Shown piece by piece: positions 51,778-63,833 of a stretch of DNA of 64,000 nucleotides. Source of the DNA: Lingula anatina (Eukaryota; Animalia; Brachiopoda); contig CM120641.1 in assembly GCA_051362555.1 (NCBI GenBank), positions 32,246,401-32,310,400 of the forward strand. Direction: 5' to 3'. Position 1 is the first letter of the stretch. Each line of letters opens with the position of its first letter. The notes beneath the pieces are model-generated. The model was not told the DNA's origin. It ran no database searches and worked only from the letters and a program-made list of their open reading frames with translations. Both the position numbers and the translations under genes were made by a program.

Positions 51778-54282
51778 TCAGTCTGTCTGAACAAACATTA
51801 AAATTTTAATTTATGAACTTTATTAAATCCTTAACATTTCTTTTTTTGTTGGTTTGTCTGTCTGTCTGAACAAGAGTTCTTAGAAACAATGAGATTAAAT
51901 AAAGATTAAATAAAAGAAAAAAAATTTGAACCTAACATGGCTGATTTGTGTTTGGTTTGAAAAGGTCTTATAATTTGATTGAACTTTTTTTGCTTACTGA
52001 TCAAATAAATTAAAATAATTCACTTCACCTGTTCCAATGTTCATCTTGCGAAAGAAGAAACGGATTCCCTACAACAATCAATAGGGCCTTTGCTCTTGTG
52101 ATCGACACATTAAACCTCTGAAAAAAAATTAATCCCACATGTAACTGTATGTGCGGGTGAACACTGAAGACAGTATAGTCTGAGACTAACTGTTCATATC
52201 TCTTCTGTGAATTCCGCATCACATGGCATAGTCTCTGCAGTGCCATAGTGGAAAGAAATGGTGATGAAAATAGTATGGACTATAGCTGTTTAAATAACCT
52301 TACATTTCAAAATATGTGTGTGCACATCCACATGTACAAAGTCTTATGAATTATGTGTTCACGCATATACACATGCCACAGCACAATCATGGTAATGACA
52401 CTATCTTTTCAATGAGCAAAAATTATCAAACTTTCAAATGTATACCTTTATAAACACATAAAGTATATAGTATTAGTGGTACTCTTACTGCACAGATTAG
52501 AACTATAGAGTAGCTTACTTTTTTATTCTGTTGTGACCATCCAATAGGAATTGGGTAGGAGTATTAAAATTTTAAAAATTAATGGCCTAAAAAATACCGC
52601 ATCTGTAAAATTCACGATTTCCCCCCCACTGAAATAAATCAAGTTATTACCATATGCTGAGGTGGCACTAGCAATTTTTTCTTAAGCCAAATTACTACTT
52701 TTTCATCACTTTTTTCTCCAAAATGGTTTTAATTTGACTAAAATAAGTCAAATCAACCCTATTTTGTTTAGCCAATTGAAGTCAGTTTTAGCATTTGGCT
52801 TAATTGGGCAGTGTTAACTCTACCCCAGTTTGTGTGTCCACATGCATAAGTGTACAAATGACTGACCTTTGGGTTCTTTAAAAAGCCCAGCTTGAACTCT
52901 GCGTCCAGAGCCAGCTAATCAGGGTTACTCCTCACGGTGGACACCATGATGACCCGTCTCTCCTGACCCTGAAATTCCTCCACACTGCCCACCTTTAGTC
53001 CCGAAAGTTTTTCTTGAACAGCAGTTGCCTCAGTTTTTGAACCTGTGGAGAGAATAAAAAGGGATGTCTGTGCATTTACAGGCCCGTAACCAGCAATTTC
53101 AAAAGGGGGGTTCTTTTTCTGAAAAAGTGGACCTTTTTCCATAAAAACTTCATGTACCTAGATCAAATTTTACCCACAGTGGACCTTTTCCCAGCAAAAG
53201 TGGCAGTTCTTTAAAACCCCCCTGGCTACGCGCCTGATTTAATACTCATCCGTTACATTCAGCATTTACTTTATCTTTATCTTATGTTACTAGTAGTTAG
53301 CCATAACTCTGAACAGGCTGCATACTGTTAGTACATTACATTATAACCAAGCTCCGGTGGATTAGTAATTGAATTTGCCATGTGAGATGGGAGTGAGCAA
53401 ATTCACCACAATTTTAATTTTAATTTTTTAAATTTTTCTTTATACTTTATCACATGTACGCTTCTGTAGTTAAAGTAGGACTTTTCATAAGCCTAAGAGT
53501 ACCATATCTATAACATACTATTAACTCAGATGTATTGTGGCTGTACTTTAAGGTAAATGGAATGTTGGACCTTTAAAGAATGTTGACTACTGGCTCTTTA
53601 GAGCTACGCCACATTCTTAGAATCTATTGCCCTAACTCAGCAAAAAGGCCCAGTTAATAATTGTAAACAAATTTGCAAAGTTTTACTAGGCAGCTTCAAT
53701 TAATTGGCATTTGGCGTGAAGCCCGATTTGATATTGCAAACTGTTGTTAGTAACTTGAAAAGGGAGAGGGACTGGGGAGGGGTTGCCTGTATTCATCATG
53801 GAATAAGCTCTGTCATATTTCCCTCACTTGTTTTCTGTAGGGGGAAATAATTCCAATTTCATTCTGCAAGACTCGGATGCCTCTGGCCTCCAGTAGCTTC
53901 TCCACATATCCCAACACAGTAGTTGCTTCTTCTGGATTGAAGAATGATGGACTCCTTTCCTCCCTCATGTCCTCCCCAACCACTCCATGGAATACAAAGG
54001 GATACCCCATTTTTGGTAAACCTTCCCAGTTGCAGAGGGACTCCCTGGCAAGTCGGTCAGCACAGGCTTCTAGCTCGTTGTCGTAGAACTGTTCGTTTGG
54101 AAGCTTGAGGATAGCAGGATGTGATCTGTAGTTTTTGAGGAGTTTTGTAAGGAGGAATGGGTTGTAATGGCCTTGACGTTGGTACAGTACATCTTGATCG
54201 TCGTCATCTGAGCCAGGACTCGAACCGCCCCTCTTCTTGTACACATCACAGTAGGTCATGTATTTTTCTAAGAGTGAGAGTC
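51000..54282 (-). pseudogene. MOV10: 5'-truncated, disabled copy of MOV10 RNA helicase (C-terminal five exons: 54282-53828, 53042-52867, 52117-52029, 51502-51387, 51064-51000)
   Basis: UPF1-like motifs [63 protein letters not shown] and a MOV10-type tail EDPEWRGE*. A 1-nt frameshift gives TAA at 52997-52995, and there is an in-frame TAG at 52917-52915. No N-terminal exons in the window. Confidence 0.9.
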
Positions 54283-55039
54283 CTGTAAGACATTAAAATG
54301 ATGAGACATTTCATATACATGTATAAATATATAAATGAAGTTATTCTTTATCAAAGAAACTAAATAACTATGAGGTTCAAAAGGTTTTAATTTCACCATT
54401 ATATGTACAAAAGAGATGAAAGAGACATTTTGTCAATGCTTAAGTACAAAATCTCTACTACCACATGTAAAAGTATTTCAGTGTTTGCAATTTTACCAGA
54501 GCTTATAGAACTACCAAAAAAAAAACTGATCCTTGTCAAAACCTAGTCCTAGTCAAAAGAAAGACTTTCTTTTGTCAAATTTAAAATTATTGAAGGAATA
54601 ATTCTGGGCACATCCATAGCAGTAAAAATGTTCCATTAATTGCATTACCTTTTATTTTACTTAAATCTTAGAAGCAGAAATCACTGGTCAATAAAAAGCT
54701 TTTAGAATAAGTCCTACATGTATATGATTTTACCAGACTCTCAAACACCTTTGTAAATATTATAGTTAATCATAGTACTTTTGTCCACAATTTTCAACTT
54801 CACTTTTCTTTTAGTCATAGTCTTATTTCATTTTTATTTAAGCCCGAGGTAGTAATGTAACTTCCCCTTTTAATGCATTTCATAACACATACACTCACAC
54901 ACACTGGCAGATTAAAACTTTACTATTACTCATATTATCATTTTTATTATAATGGCTGTTGGGGGCATATTATTATAATTTTAATTTAAAAATATATTGA
55001 AAACTATTATAATTATAATTATATATATTAAAAACTTAT

Positions 55040-58000
55040 TTGCAATATAAAACAAAATTTACCTGCATAATTATCACTGCTTCCTTATTATTAATCCAGC
55101 AGAGAGCTTAACCTTTGGGAGTTTACAGGGAAATATCAACAAGTGTGCTTTATGTAATCTCATTTAATGGCCTATTAATTAGGCAAATGACTTTATAACT
55201 TTATAACTTAGCCTAGTGAGACCCAAGGGAAATTTACAGACCGACCCTCTCAAAGGTCTTCAGGCCCATAAGTCACACCCTTAAGAAATGCACAAAACAA
55301 TGATGCACAAAATAGGAGACTATCAATTCTGATACAATAATACATTATGTTTAACTGCACAGTCAACATCAAATGTTTTAAAATTATGCACAACAGGTAA
55401 CACCGACGAAAGTAAAAGCATAAGGCCCATCAGAGTTCAAGTTTATACTTAGAAAGTGCCAAAATGAGAAAAATGAAAATTTCACAAAAAATGCATAAAT
55501 TTAATAAAAGTGATAATCTAATAGAGCTGGTTTTCTAATATGAGCTGTATGTCAATCCTAAGAATCATTCTTGTAAGCATACTAGTTGAAAAATTAGAAA
55601 GTAACAGTTTTCTTTCTATAACGTTAACGGTGGCAGTGTACAAAAGAGGTTTTTTGTCAATTTTGATGCAACATTACATAATGATTAACTGTATAAATAC
55701 CACCAATTTTTAAATATCTACTATTAAAAACATGGACATTAAAAAAAGGTGATTACCACTGGGCTTCATGCCCAAGGGAGCTCTAAGTCCCACATTGAAA
55801 ATTCCAGTATGTGAAAGATAAAAATTTTCACAAAAAACCTCTATAACTTCCAGAAAATTAACTAATGAGACAGATTTTCCAACTGAAGCTGTATTTCAGT
55901 CCTATGTTTCTTTCCTTTAAGTGTAAAAAGAGCAAGTGACATGGTTTTCCTTTCACGGTCACTAAGGAGGCAGTGCCTAAAATAGGGTTTTGTTCAATTT
56001 TGATGCAATATTACATAATGCTTAACAGCATAATAACCATCAGTTTTTTAATGATAAAATAAAACTATCATGGATATTCACAAAATGTGTCTAGCCCATA
56101 GAGTTCAGAAACACTTTGAAAATCCCAAAATCTAAACAAGAGAAACTGTATTAAAAAGAGTTTATTTCCATTTTCAATACCTTTTTTACATGAAAAAAAA
56201 TAATCGATTTACTGTCATTTTTATATGATCAATTAAAATATGTTGTCAAAGGAAAAATATCAATAGAACAAATTTAAATGTCCAACTTGCTCCATTCTGA
56301 GATTCTTAACTTAGTGAATGATTGAATCTGACGAACTTCAATGATATGAGTTCCCTTCCATTTTTGATACTTTATTACAGAATTGCACAATAAAAGGTGT
56401 ACTGTCATTTTTATATAATCAACTAACAATATTTTTAAGAAGCAGAAAATGTCAAAACAACATTTTTACATATCTAATTTGTTCCATATTGAGACTGTTA
56501 ACATGCCTAAGAATTAATCTGAAGAAAAGCCACTTATATGCAAAAAGGCTAATAACTTCATCAAAACTTAACTGATCAAGCTTATTTTCAAACTTGATCT
56601 GTATATTAGTCAGACTGATCACTCCTGTAAGTTTCAAGACAAAAGGCTGATTGGTTTTCCTTAAAATGTGTTATCAGTGTTGCATATATGCTGAATAATG
56701 GAAAAAAAAACAGCATAACTTTAAATTTGTAAAAATAGTCCAATCAAGCCAATTTTCGAACTTGTTCATCAGTTCTGTAAGTTTCAAGCCAAAAGGTAAA
56801 ATGGTTTTCCACTTATCGTGTTATCAGTGCTGCATATATGCTGAGAAAATGCAGAAAATGGTTCATTTTGTTAATTTTGATGCAATAATAAATCATGCCT
56901 ACAATAGCACTGTCAATCAACACTGAATTTTAATCATGCACAACAGGTGACATCGTCAATAACAGGAGCGGATCCAGAGATATATTTTCTGACAGTATTC
57001 CAAATTATTTTTGTTGATCCATCCTACATTTTTGATGGTCTTCCAACAGAAAATAAACAGATACCCATCAATATGAACTTTAAAATCTGAAAGACCCAGA
57101 AGACGGCCTCAATCCACCCCTGCAATAAGATTACAGTTTCAGGACCAAATTCACATAATGAAAATCCCAATATTTGAATAATGATGACAATGCATAAAAT
57201 AATATTACATAATGTTTAAAGACATAAAAACCAATGCAACTGTTTATGTGGAAATACAGAGAATGTGAAGAGCTTCAGGTGGATGGGAGCTGAAAATGCC
57301 AGTGTTTGAAAAATAAATTAAAAAGAAAACACAACAAAAATATCCCATTAAAGCTGCTATTCAAACTTTTAATCTTGCTGTAATAACACTTGGACCTAAA
57401 TAGAGCTATTTAGGTCCAAGAATAACATGATATGAATAACCCCAATGTGTTTGAGGATAATAAGGCACTGTTATTCAAATTTTTTTTTCTTTTGTTAACT
57501 TATTTGCAATATTAAACAACATTTACCTGCATAATTATCACAGATTCCTAATTATGTGACACAGTTAAGAGAGCTTAACCTATGGGACTTTACTGGGAAA
57601 TCTCAACGTGTGTTTTATGTAATCTTATTTAATGGGCACTTGGAAATTAATTAGGCAAATGATTTTATAGCTCTGAATTTAGCTTGTGACTACCCCAAGG
57701 GACAATTACCACCATCCATAAACAGTAGCCCCATATAGCACTCTATAGAGCTGCATTGCTTCCAGAACAGAAAACAATCACTCTGATTTTCCAACACAAA
57801 CTGCACGTCAGTCTTACAAAACTTTTCAGTAAGTTTGAGTATCATAAGTAACATGGTTTTTCCTTAATGGTCATTCCGGCAGCCATTTCCAAAATAGGGT
57901 TTTCTTCAACTTTTATGCAATATAACATAATGACCATCAATTTTTAATAATAAAATAAAAGTATCATGGATATACAGAAAATGTGACATGGAAAGGTCTT

Positions 58001-58900
58001 CAAGGCCATGGAAGTTCAGAGTCACACTTTCAAAATGCCAAAATGTACCTGTATACAAGAGATAACTGTATTGAATTGATTTTCTTCCATTTTCAACACC
58101 TTTTTTTCATATAACAAAGTAATCAATTTACTGTCATTTTTAAATGAACAACTGAGAAAATTGTTGACATAGGAAAAATATCAATAGAACAATTTTAAAT
58201 GTCCAGTTTGCTCCATTCTGAGATCCTGAACATGGTGAATGATTGAATCTGACAAACTGTAAAGATATGAGTTTATTATTATTTCCATTTTTTGACACTT
58301 TATTACACAATTACAGGTTTACCATCTTTTTTATATAATCAACTAACAATATTGTTAAGATGCAGAAAATGTCAATTCACAGATGAGATTGTTAACACGC
58401 CTAAGAATTAAATCAAAGGAAAAAACACTTATATACAAAAAAGGCATAACTTCACCAGAACTGAACCAATGGAGCTTATTTTCGAACTCCATCTGTATTT
58501 CAGTAAGACTGATCACCCCTGTAAATTTCAAGACAATTGGCCAATTGATTTTTCTTGAAATGCGTTATCGGTATTGCATACATGCTAAAAAAAGTGAAAA
58601 AACAGCATAACTTCCATAAAATTAGTCCAATAACGCTGATTTTCAAACTTGACCTGTGTATTATGAATAGTCATCAGTTCTGTAAGTTTCAAGCCAAAAG
58701 GTAAAACGGTTTTTCACTTATCGTGTTATCAGTGTTGCATATATGCTTAAAAAAATGAAAAAAGAGCATAACTTCCATAAAAATGGCCCGATCATGCTGA
58801 TTTTCGAACTTGACCTGCATATTATGAAAGCTCATCAGTTCTGTAAGTTTCAAGCCAAAAGGTAAAACGGTTTTTCACTTATCATGTTATCGGTGGTCAA
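55040..58900. repeat. Diverged long tandem blocks (~2.45 kb period) forming the body of the Helentron-type element; homologous to 34200-35460
   Basis: ATTTACCTGCATAATTATCAC at ~34357, ~55057 and ~57521; 34230-34350 matches 56860-56982. Confidence 0.85.
56963..57122. mobile_element. MITE with 6-bp TSD (hAT6-like), same family as 18069-18236
   Basis: CAATAA|CAGGAGCGGATCC ... AATCCACCCCTG|CAATAA. Confidence 0.75.
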
Positions 58901-58957
58901 AGTGCACGGCGACGACGACAGACGCAGGTGATGGCTATATGTACAGTGTCTGTACAT

Positions 58958-58971
58958 AAAAAAGCGTGGCC
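58958..58971 (-). mobile_element. Outer tip of the right-hand TIR of the GGCCAC-ended transposon
   Basis: AAAAAAGCGTGGCC|TTA is the reverse complement of GGCCAC(A/G)CTTTTTT, with a TTA flank. Confidence 0.7.
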
Positions 58972-58974
58972 TTA

Positions 58975-59226
58975 GGCTTCGTTCACATGCAATGTCTATT
59001 TTCTATTTTCTATTTTCGGTATGTCTTATGATCACGGTCTGTGCACTGAATATCCCGCGGCGTAATTACTGGCAGCGCGAGCCAGTTACTTATAGTAACT
59101 TATAGTAACTGGCTCGCGCTGCCAGTAATTACGCCGCGGGATATTCAGTGCACAGACCGTGATCATAAGACATACCGAAAATAGAAAATAGAAAATAGAA
59201 AATAGACATTGCATGTGAACGAAGCC
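58975..59226. mobile_element. Near-perfect palindromic MITE, PIF/Harbinger-like, TTA TSD
   Basis: TTA|GGCTTCGTTCACATG ... CATGTGAACGAAGCC|TTA. The ~115-bp arms are complementary except for one extra GAAAATA unit. Confidence 0.9.
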
Positions 59227-59330
59227 TTATATTATAATATGCGACTCCGGACAAAAAAATTCATAGAATGTGCTAGATGAGGCAAAACAAAGATGTATGC
59301 TGTTGTGAATGCTGAATTAATTTTGTCTTA

Positions 59331-59790
59331 GGCCACACTTTTTTATTTTTATGGATGACATCCTCTGGGGACCCCAAAATCGGTGCGAGCGGGCGAAAAA
59401 AAAAAAAAAAAAAAACAGTCCAAAAAAAAAAAATGCTTAAGAAAAGTTTTGTTTTCAGTACACAGCTGGAAACACTAATTTACCACAGAAACACGTATCA
59501 AACTAACAGCATGTCTTTATCCATGCTCTCAAAATATTAAAGCGTTGTGAATAGGGCCTACTTCGTAGAAAGGTAAAAAGTCATGAATATATATAGGCCT
59601 ATGCTGCATATTACCAAATCTATTTAAGGTTATTTCATGCATTCTGTTGGTATAGCAATCAATAAAACAAATATCAAATAAACAGCGTGTCTTTATTTGT
59701 ACTCTCAGAAAATTAAAGCATTGTAAACACTTCACAGAATTGTTAAAAAAATGAATCAAAGATAGGCCTATGCTTCCTACTACCAAATCT
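59331..59790 (+). mobile_element. Second left-end copy of the GGCCAC-ended transposon
   Basis: Near-identical to 8652-9097; preceded by TTA. Confidence 0.75.
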
Positions 59791-60116
59791 ATTTAATATT
59801 TAGAAAAAGAATGACAACTGATTTTAGTACAATTAAAAACGCTTGTGAAAGAACCCGGGACTCTTTCACGTTGTTAAATTTCAGTCTCTCGGTTGAAATA
59901 AAGAATCCGGCGTTTTTTAACGCGCTGCTAAAAAAAATAGCATGCCCCCTACCTCCAGAATGTTACGACATGTATTGTTATAGACAGGTATGAATCAAAT
60001 TCAAACAGGCTAATTCAACTTTGATGGAAGCTGTCAGTTTTTTAGACAGTTTTTTTAAACAACCGTCAAACACAATTACTACACTCTTCTCTCCTAACAT
60101 GTAAAACTCCAATATC

Positions 60117-60372
60117 CTTTGATTGACAAGATGCCAATCAAATTCATTAGTTTCGATAGTTGCTGTCAAGAAAGAACAGCTTGATTGGCAGGTTATATAA
60201 ACAAACGTCAATTACAATCATTAAACAGTGGATCACTATAGTCGTCGAACACGTTTAGTTCAAGCTCCCTACACCCTTTGATTGACAAGGTGCCGATCAA
60301 ATTCAGTTAGTTTTGATAGTTGCTGTCAAGTAATAACAGCTTGATTGGCAGGTTATATAAACAAACGTCAAT
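60117..60372. repeat. Direct duplication of a ~95-bp CCAAT-containing segment
   Basis: CCTTTGATTGACAAG..GATTGGCAGGTTATATAAACAAACGTCAAT at ~60117 and ~60275. Confidence 0.8.
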
Positions 60373-61111
60373 CATCGCGCACTATGATTTCTCTCGCTGT
60401 GAAACGGTGAGTACGCCGAAAGAGAGCGCTGAAATCTGAAGTTAGTAATTAATTTGAAAAATATTTTAAGAGAATATATACATGTTTTCAAAACTAGTTC
60501 TCTTTCTGAACCCTTCAGCGTGTCTAATACGACACTCTAGATTACAAATTATTTTGCAAAAAGAAGAATTTAGCAAAAGAAACCAATTTTAAAACAGATT
60601 CAAGTAAAGAAATATGACATTTGACGTTATTCTGGAAGTAGCGCATGTGTCATTTCAAAATTAGTACAACTACAGAGTGTGCCCCAGTATGTGCGTGGAA
60701 GAATGAAGAATAAATGTTTTTGCAATATTATGTGTGGAGCATTGACAGATTCTTTTACTGTCAAAGTCTACTTTCTGCAAACTAAATAAATAAATAAAAA
60801 TAAATAAAATGATGCTAATTCATCTTCATTAAAGGTGACATTCGTGTTGAAGTTGAGGTAAGTGGTTTAATTTTTGCGGGGCTAAATGTTAGCAAGGACC
60901 TTTAATAATAAGTGGATGGGAAACAAAAATATAACTGTAAACAAAAATATTACTATCCTATTTAACAAACAAACCGCTACTTCGCTCTTGTAACTATTTT
61001 GTTAGTTTATTTTACATCAGTAAAGCGTGAATAAAATAGTTCAAAACGCCCTCACAGTGCCGTTGTTTTTGCTACTTTTAAAGCTGCTGGGGTTAGGTGA
61101 AGGAGCGAGGA

Positions 61112-61348
61112 CAGGGGCGGATCCAGGATTATTAGAGAGGGGGGTGTGGGTGTGTCGGGGTGTGGGGTTTGGGGCCTGCTCAACGGCCCCGACAAAAATG
61201 GTGTTTTGGAGAGCAAACAGTGCCCTTTGGTACGGTTTAGAACAATGATTTAGCTTGTCAAATTATAATTTCTAGAGGGGAATATTGGGTGATATATTTT
61301 TCAGAAATCGAAAGAGGGGTCAGGATCCCCCCTCTTAATCTGCCACTG
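61112..61348. mobile_element. MITE of the CAGGGGCGGATCCAG family
   Basis: CAGGGGCGGATCCAGG ... TAATCTGCCACTG termini; internal similarity to 5225 and 13261. Confidence 0.7.
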
Positions 61349-62221
61349 CAAAGGCATAATCTCAGACAATTTTTGTATTGAGGAAATTCTTTAATTTTGA
61401 GTTTCCAATCAAAACTCCAAAATTGAGAAGATCTCTTTAAAATGCATGCGGGCCGTTAATTTTTTATCATTAGCTTCTGTAATATAACGGCTTCAAAAGT
61501 TGGTTCCCGTCTACAAATATATTTACGCGTGCGTGCGTGCGTGCGTGCGTGCGTGTTTTAAAAATTTACGCATATATTAAACTAGGTAAATAAGTACGCA
61601 CTGTTATTATTTCACTCAATTTCCTTTATGTAAAACTACGTGAAGTAACAATGTAATAGAACTTACTTACCATTTATAAAATATTTATGAAATATGGAAA
61701 ATATCGCACCACTGACATTTCAAATGATGACCATGATACTAGTGTTTTTTTTTTTTTTTTTTTTTTTTCGAAAAAATACAACGTGTTGCCTAACTTATGT
61801 GCATTTATGTATAAAAAGAGTATATTGATGCAAATCAAGCCTTCGGTCTGTTGGAAAAATCACTTGTTAAAATCCGTTTCAAGGAGTAAACACAAACGAA
61901 AAGAGCACTAATAATTCATACTCCCTTGATACAAGGAAATCTTGATTATATAATTATGACCTCTTGAAAATATTTGAGACTACTACCTATGATATCAAAG
62001 GCTTCTTAAACAGTATGCAAAATTCAAGTATAAGACATATATTAATTTTGTATCACATTACTAGCGCACCCCGTGGTCCACTACAACACCCTAAAGCCAG
62101 TTACCATTCCTGTCACACTGGTTTTAAAAGTTACAGAAATACTGACGATAACAGGACTAGTTCCCAATTATCTCCTTGTCTGGGATCTTTCTGGGTAACT
62201 GTCACGCGAATGGCAGCGCAT

Positions 62222-63833
62222 TTACTCGGGCTGTGTTTGCATCTTGGTGACTGACACACTTGAACTTCGGCGACAATTGATTTGCTTATAGGTCTTAAGT
62301 TTGTCAACTGAGGCGTCGGCAGCGAAAAGCAAGTCGTAGAGTAGAGCAGCCACCACCCCAGCTAGTAACTGACCAAGCCAGTAGACCTGAAGATATATAT
62401 TATTAGGAAGCATATAAATAGTTAGCTATAGTTTTACTGCGTCCTTAAATATCTTTGTTTCCTATAAATTAATTTCTTTGAAAGAAAAAGCAATTTTCAC
62501 CTACTTATGAATCATTGCTCGATCCGTCCCTACATTTGCATTCTGTTTTACGGCATTTATAATTACATAACTTAGTTCTAAATGACTGCAATGTCTTCTT
62601 GTACATTTAAGAATGAAATATTGACATTAGATACTTTCATTTGAAGGATTTTATTATTTTTATCGTCTAAATAGGGAAAGATAGGGAGCTTTGCAGGATA
62701 TGTAGACACAATATGTGTTTTGGGGACATTTTCAAACGGGGATAGTTTCCCTATAACTGTCCCTGAAACTTACCCAGTGGTTCTCCCATACTGTGGACAC
62801 GTACAATACGGCCGGACCGAAACTGCGGGCAGTGTTCATGCCGGCGCCTGTGTATGGGACCTGGACAATGAATAAACAAATTAATCAATAAAATTTATGA
62901 TCCATTAATTATACCAAGTAACAAGAACATGCATTTAATGACTTAATTGTACCGTTAAATGGTACTGCCGTTCCACAAGTCATTTTAAAAAGTTTTGCAG
63001 GGAAAAAGTTCCCATTCTCAATATTTAATAAGCAAACCGACATTTTAGTTTTAGGCACATATTATTTTTCTGACACAACAGCGCATCATTCCTTAGTTCC
63101 AGAGAACACTGAAAACTCGACTCTCTACTTACGCTTACCTATGACACTGGAAGCGGCAAAAGCACGCCACCACAGTGCACTTACACACACAAACACACAC
63201 ACACTCATCTTCGGGCAAGCCGTCACCGAGGATAGGCCTATCGACAGTGCGCAGGCTTTTACCAAGATTTCATCGACTTACCGCCCACAGATGACCCATG
63301 GCGACGGACAGTCCGATTGCCAGCGGTCCGGAACCATTCAGGTCCTTTCTGTGGGAGTCGCATGTGGCAAACACAGTGAAGACCAACATGAAGGTCGCCA
63401 TGAACTCAATACCAAAGCCCTGCTCTGCTGTGACGCCAGAAGCTAGCTGGGAGGTTCCAAGGGCGGCTTGGTACGCTGTTGGTGTCAGACCCTTCAGAAT
63501 TGCCGCCCCAGCGATCCCTCCCACCATCTGGCTCACAAAGTAGAAAATACCCCTAACAATGGTGATTTTACGGGTCACAAGAAACCCGATGGTGACGGCC
63601 GGGTTGATGTGGCCGCCGCTGACGTTGGCGATGGCCCAGACGATGGTGGCCACGCTGAAACCAAAGCACAGTGAAATTGTGGCGAGGCTTTGCATGTTGT
63701 TAACGTTTGTGGCTGAGCCGCACGATACCAGCACAAGGAACAGGGTCCCCAGGAATTCCGCGAACATCGCCCTGTAGAGTCCAAGAGAACGGACATCTTC
63801 CGCGCTGGTCACGGTTGCCATGGATCCGGACAT
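62222..63833 (-). CDS. Aquaporin (MIP family, AQP4-like classical water channel), ~267 aa. Exons 63833-63282, 62860-62774, 62386-62222
   Basis: AEFLGT, SGGHINPAVT, TGAGMNTARSFGPA and HW|VYW motifs; ar/R residues F-H-A-R; two phase-0 GT-AG introns. Confidence 0.95.

Larger units (their letters stand above)
34170..58957 (-). mobile_element. Giant (~24.8 kb) non-autonomous Helentron-type element with captured cargo
   Basis: Perfect 11-bp subTIRs ATGTACAGACA (34190-34200) / TGTCTGTACAT (58947-58957). 3' palindrome GGCAGC-AAA-GCTGTC (34173-34187). 5' hairpin ATGTACAG-TGT-CTGTACAT and GAC-rich microsatellite near 58910. Inserted in an A/T run without TSD. Homologous internal blocks at both ends. 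Confidence 0.7.

Noticed and set aside
34170-58957. Autonomous Helitron/Helentron Rep-helicase or viral (Polinton) genes inside the large element
   Set aside because: No HUH Rep, PIF1 helicase, polB, integrase or capsid ORF is visible. The only helicase motifs are UPF1-like and belong to the MOV10 fragment.
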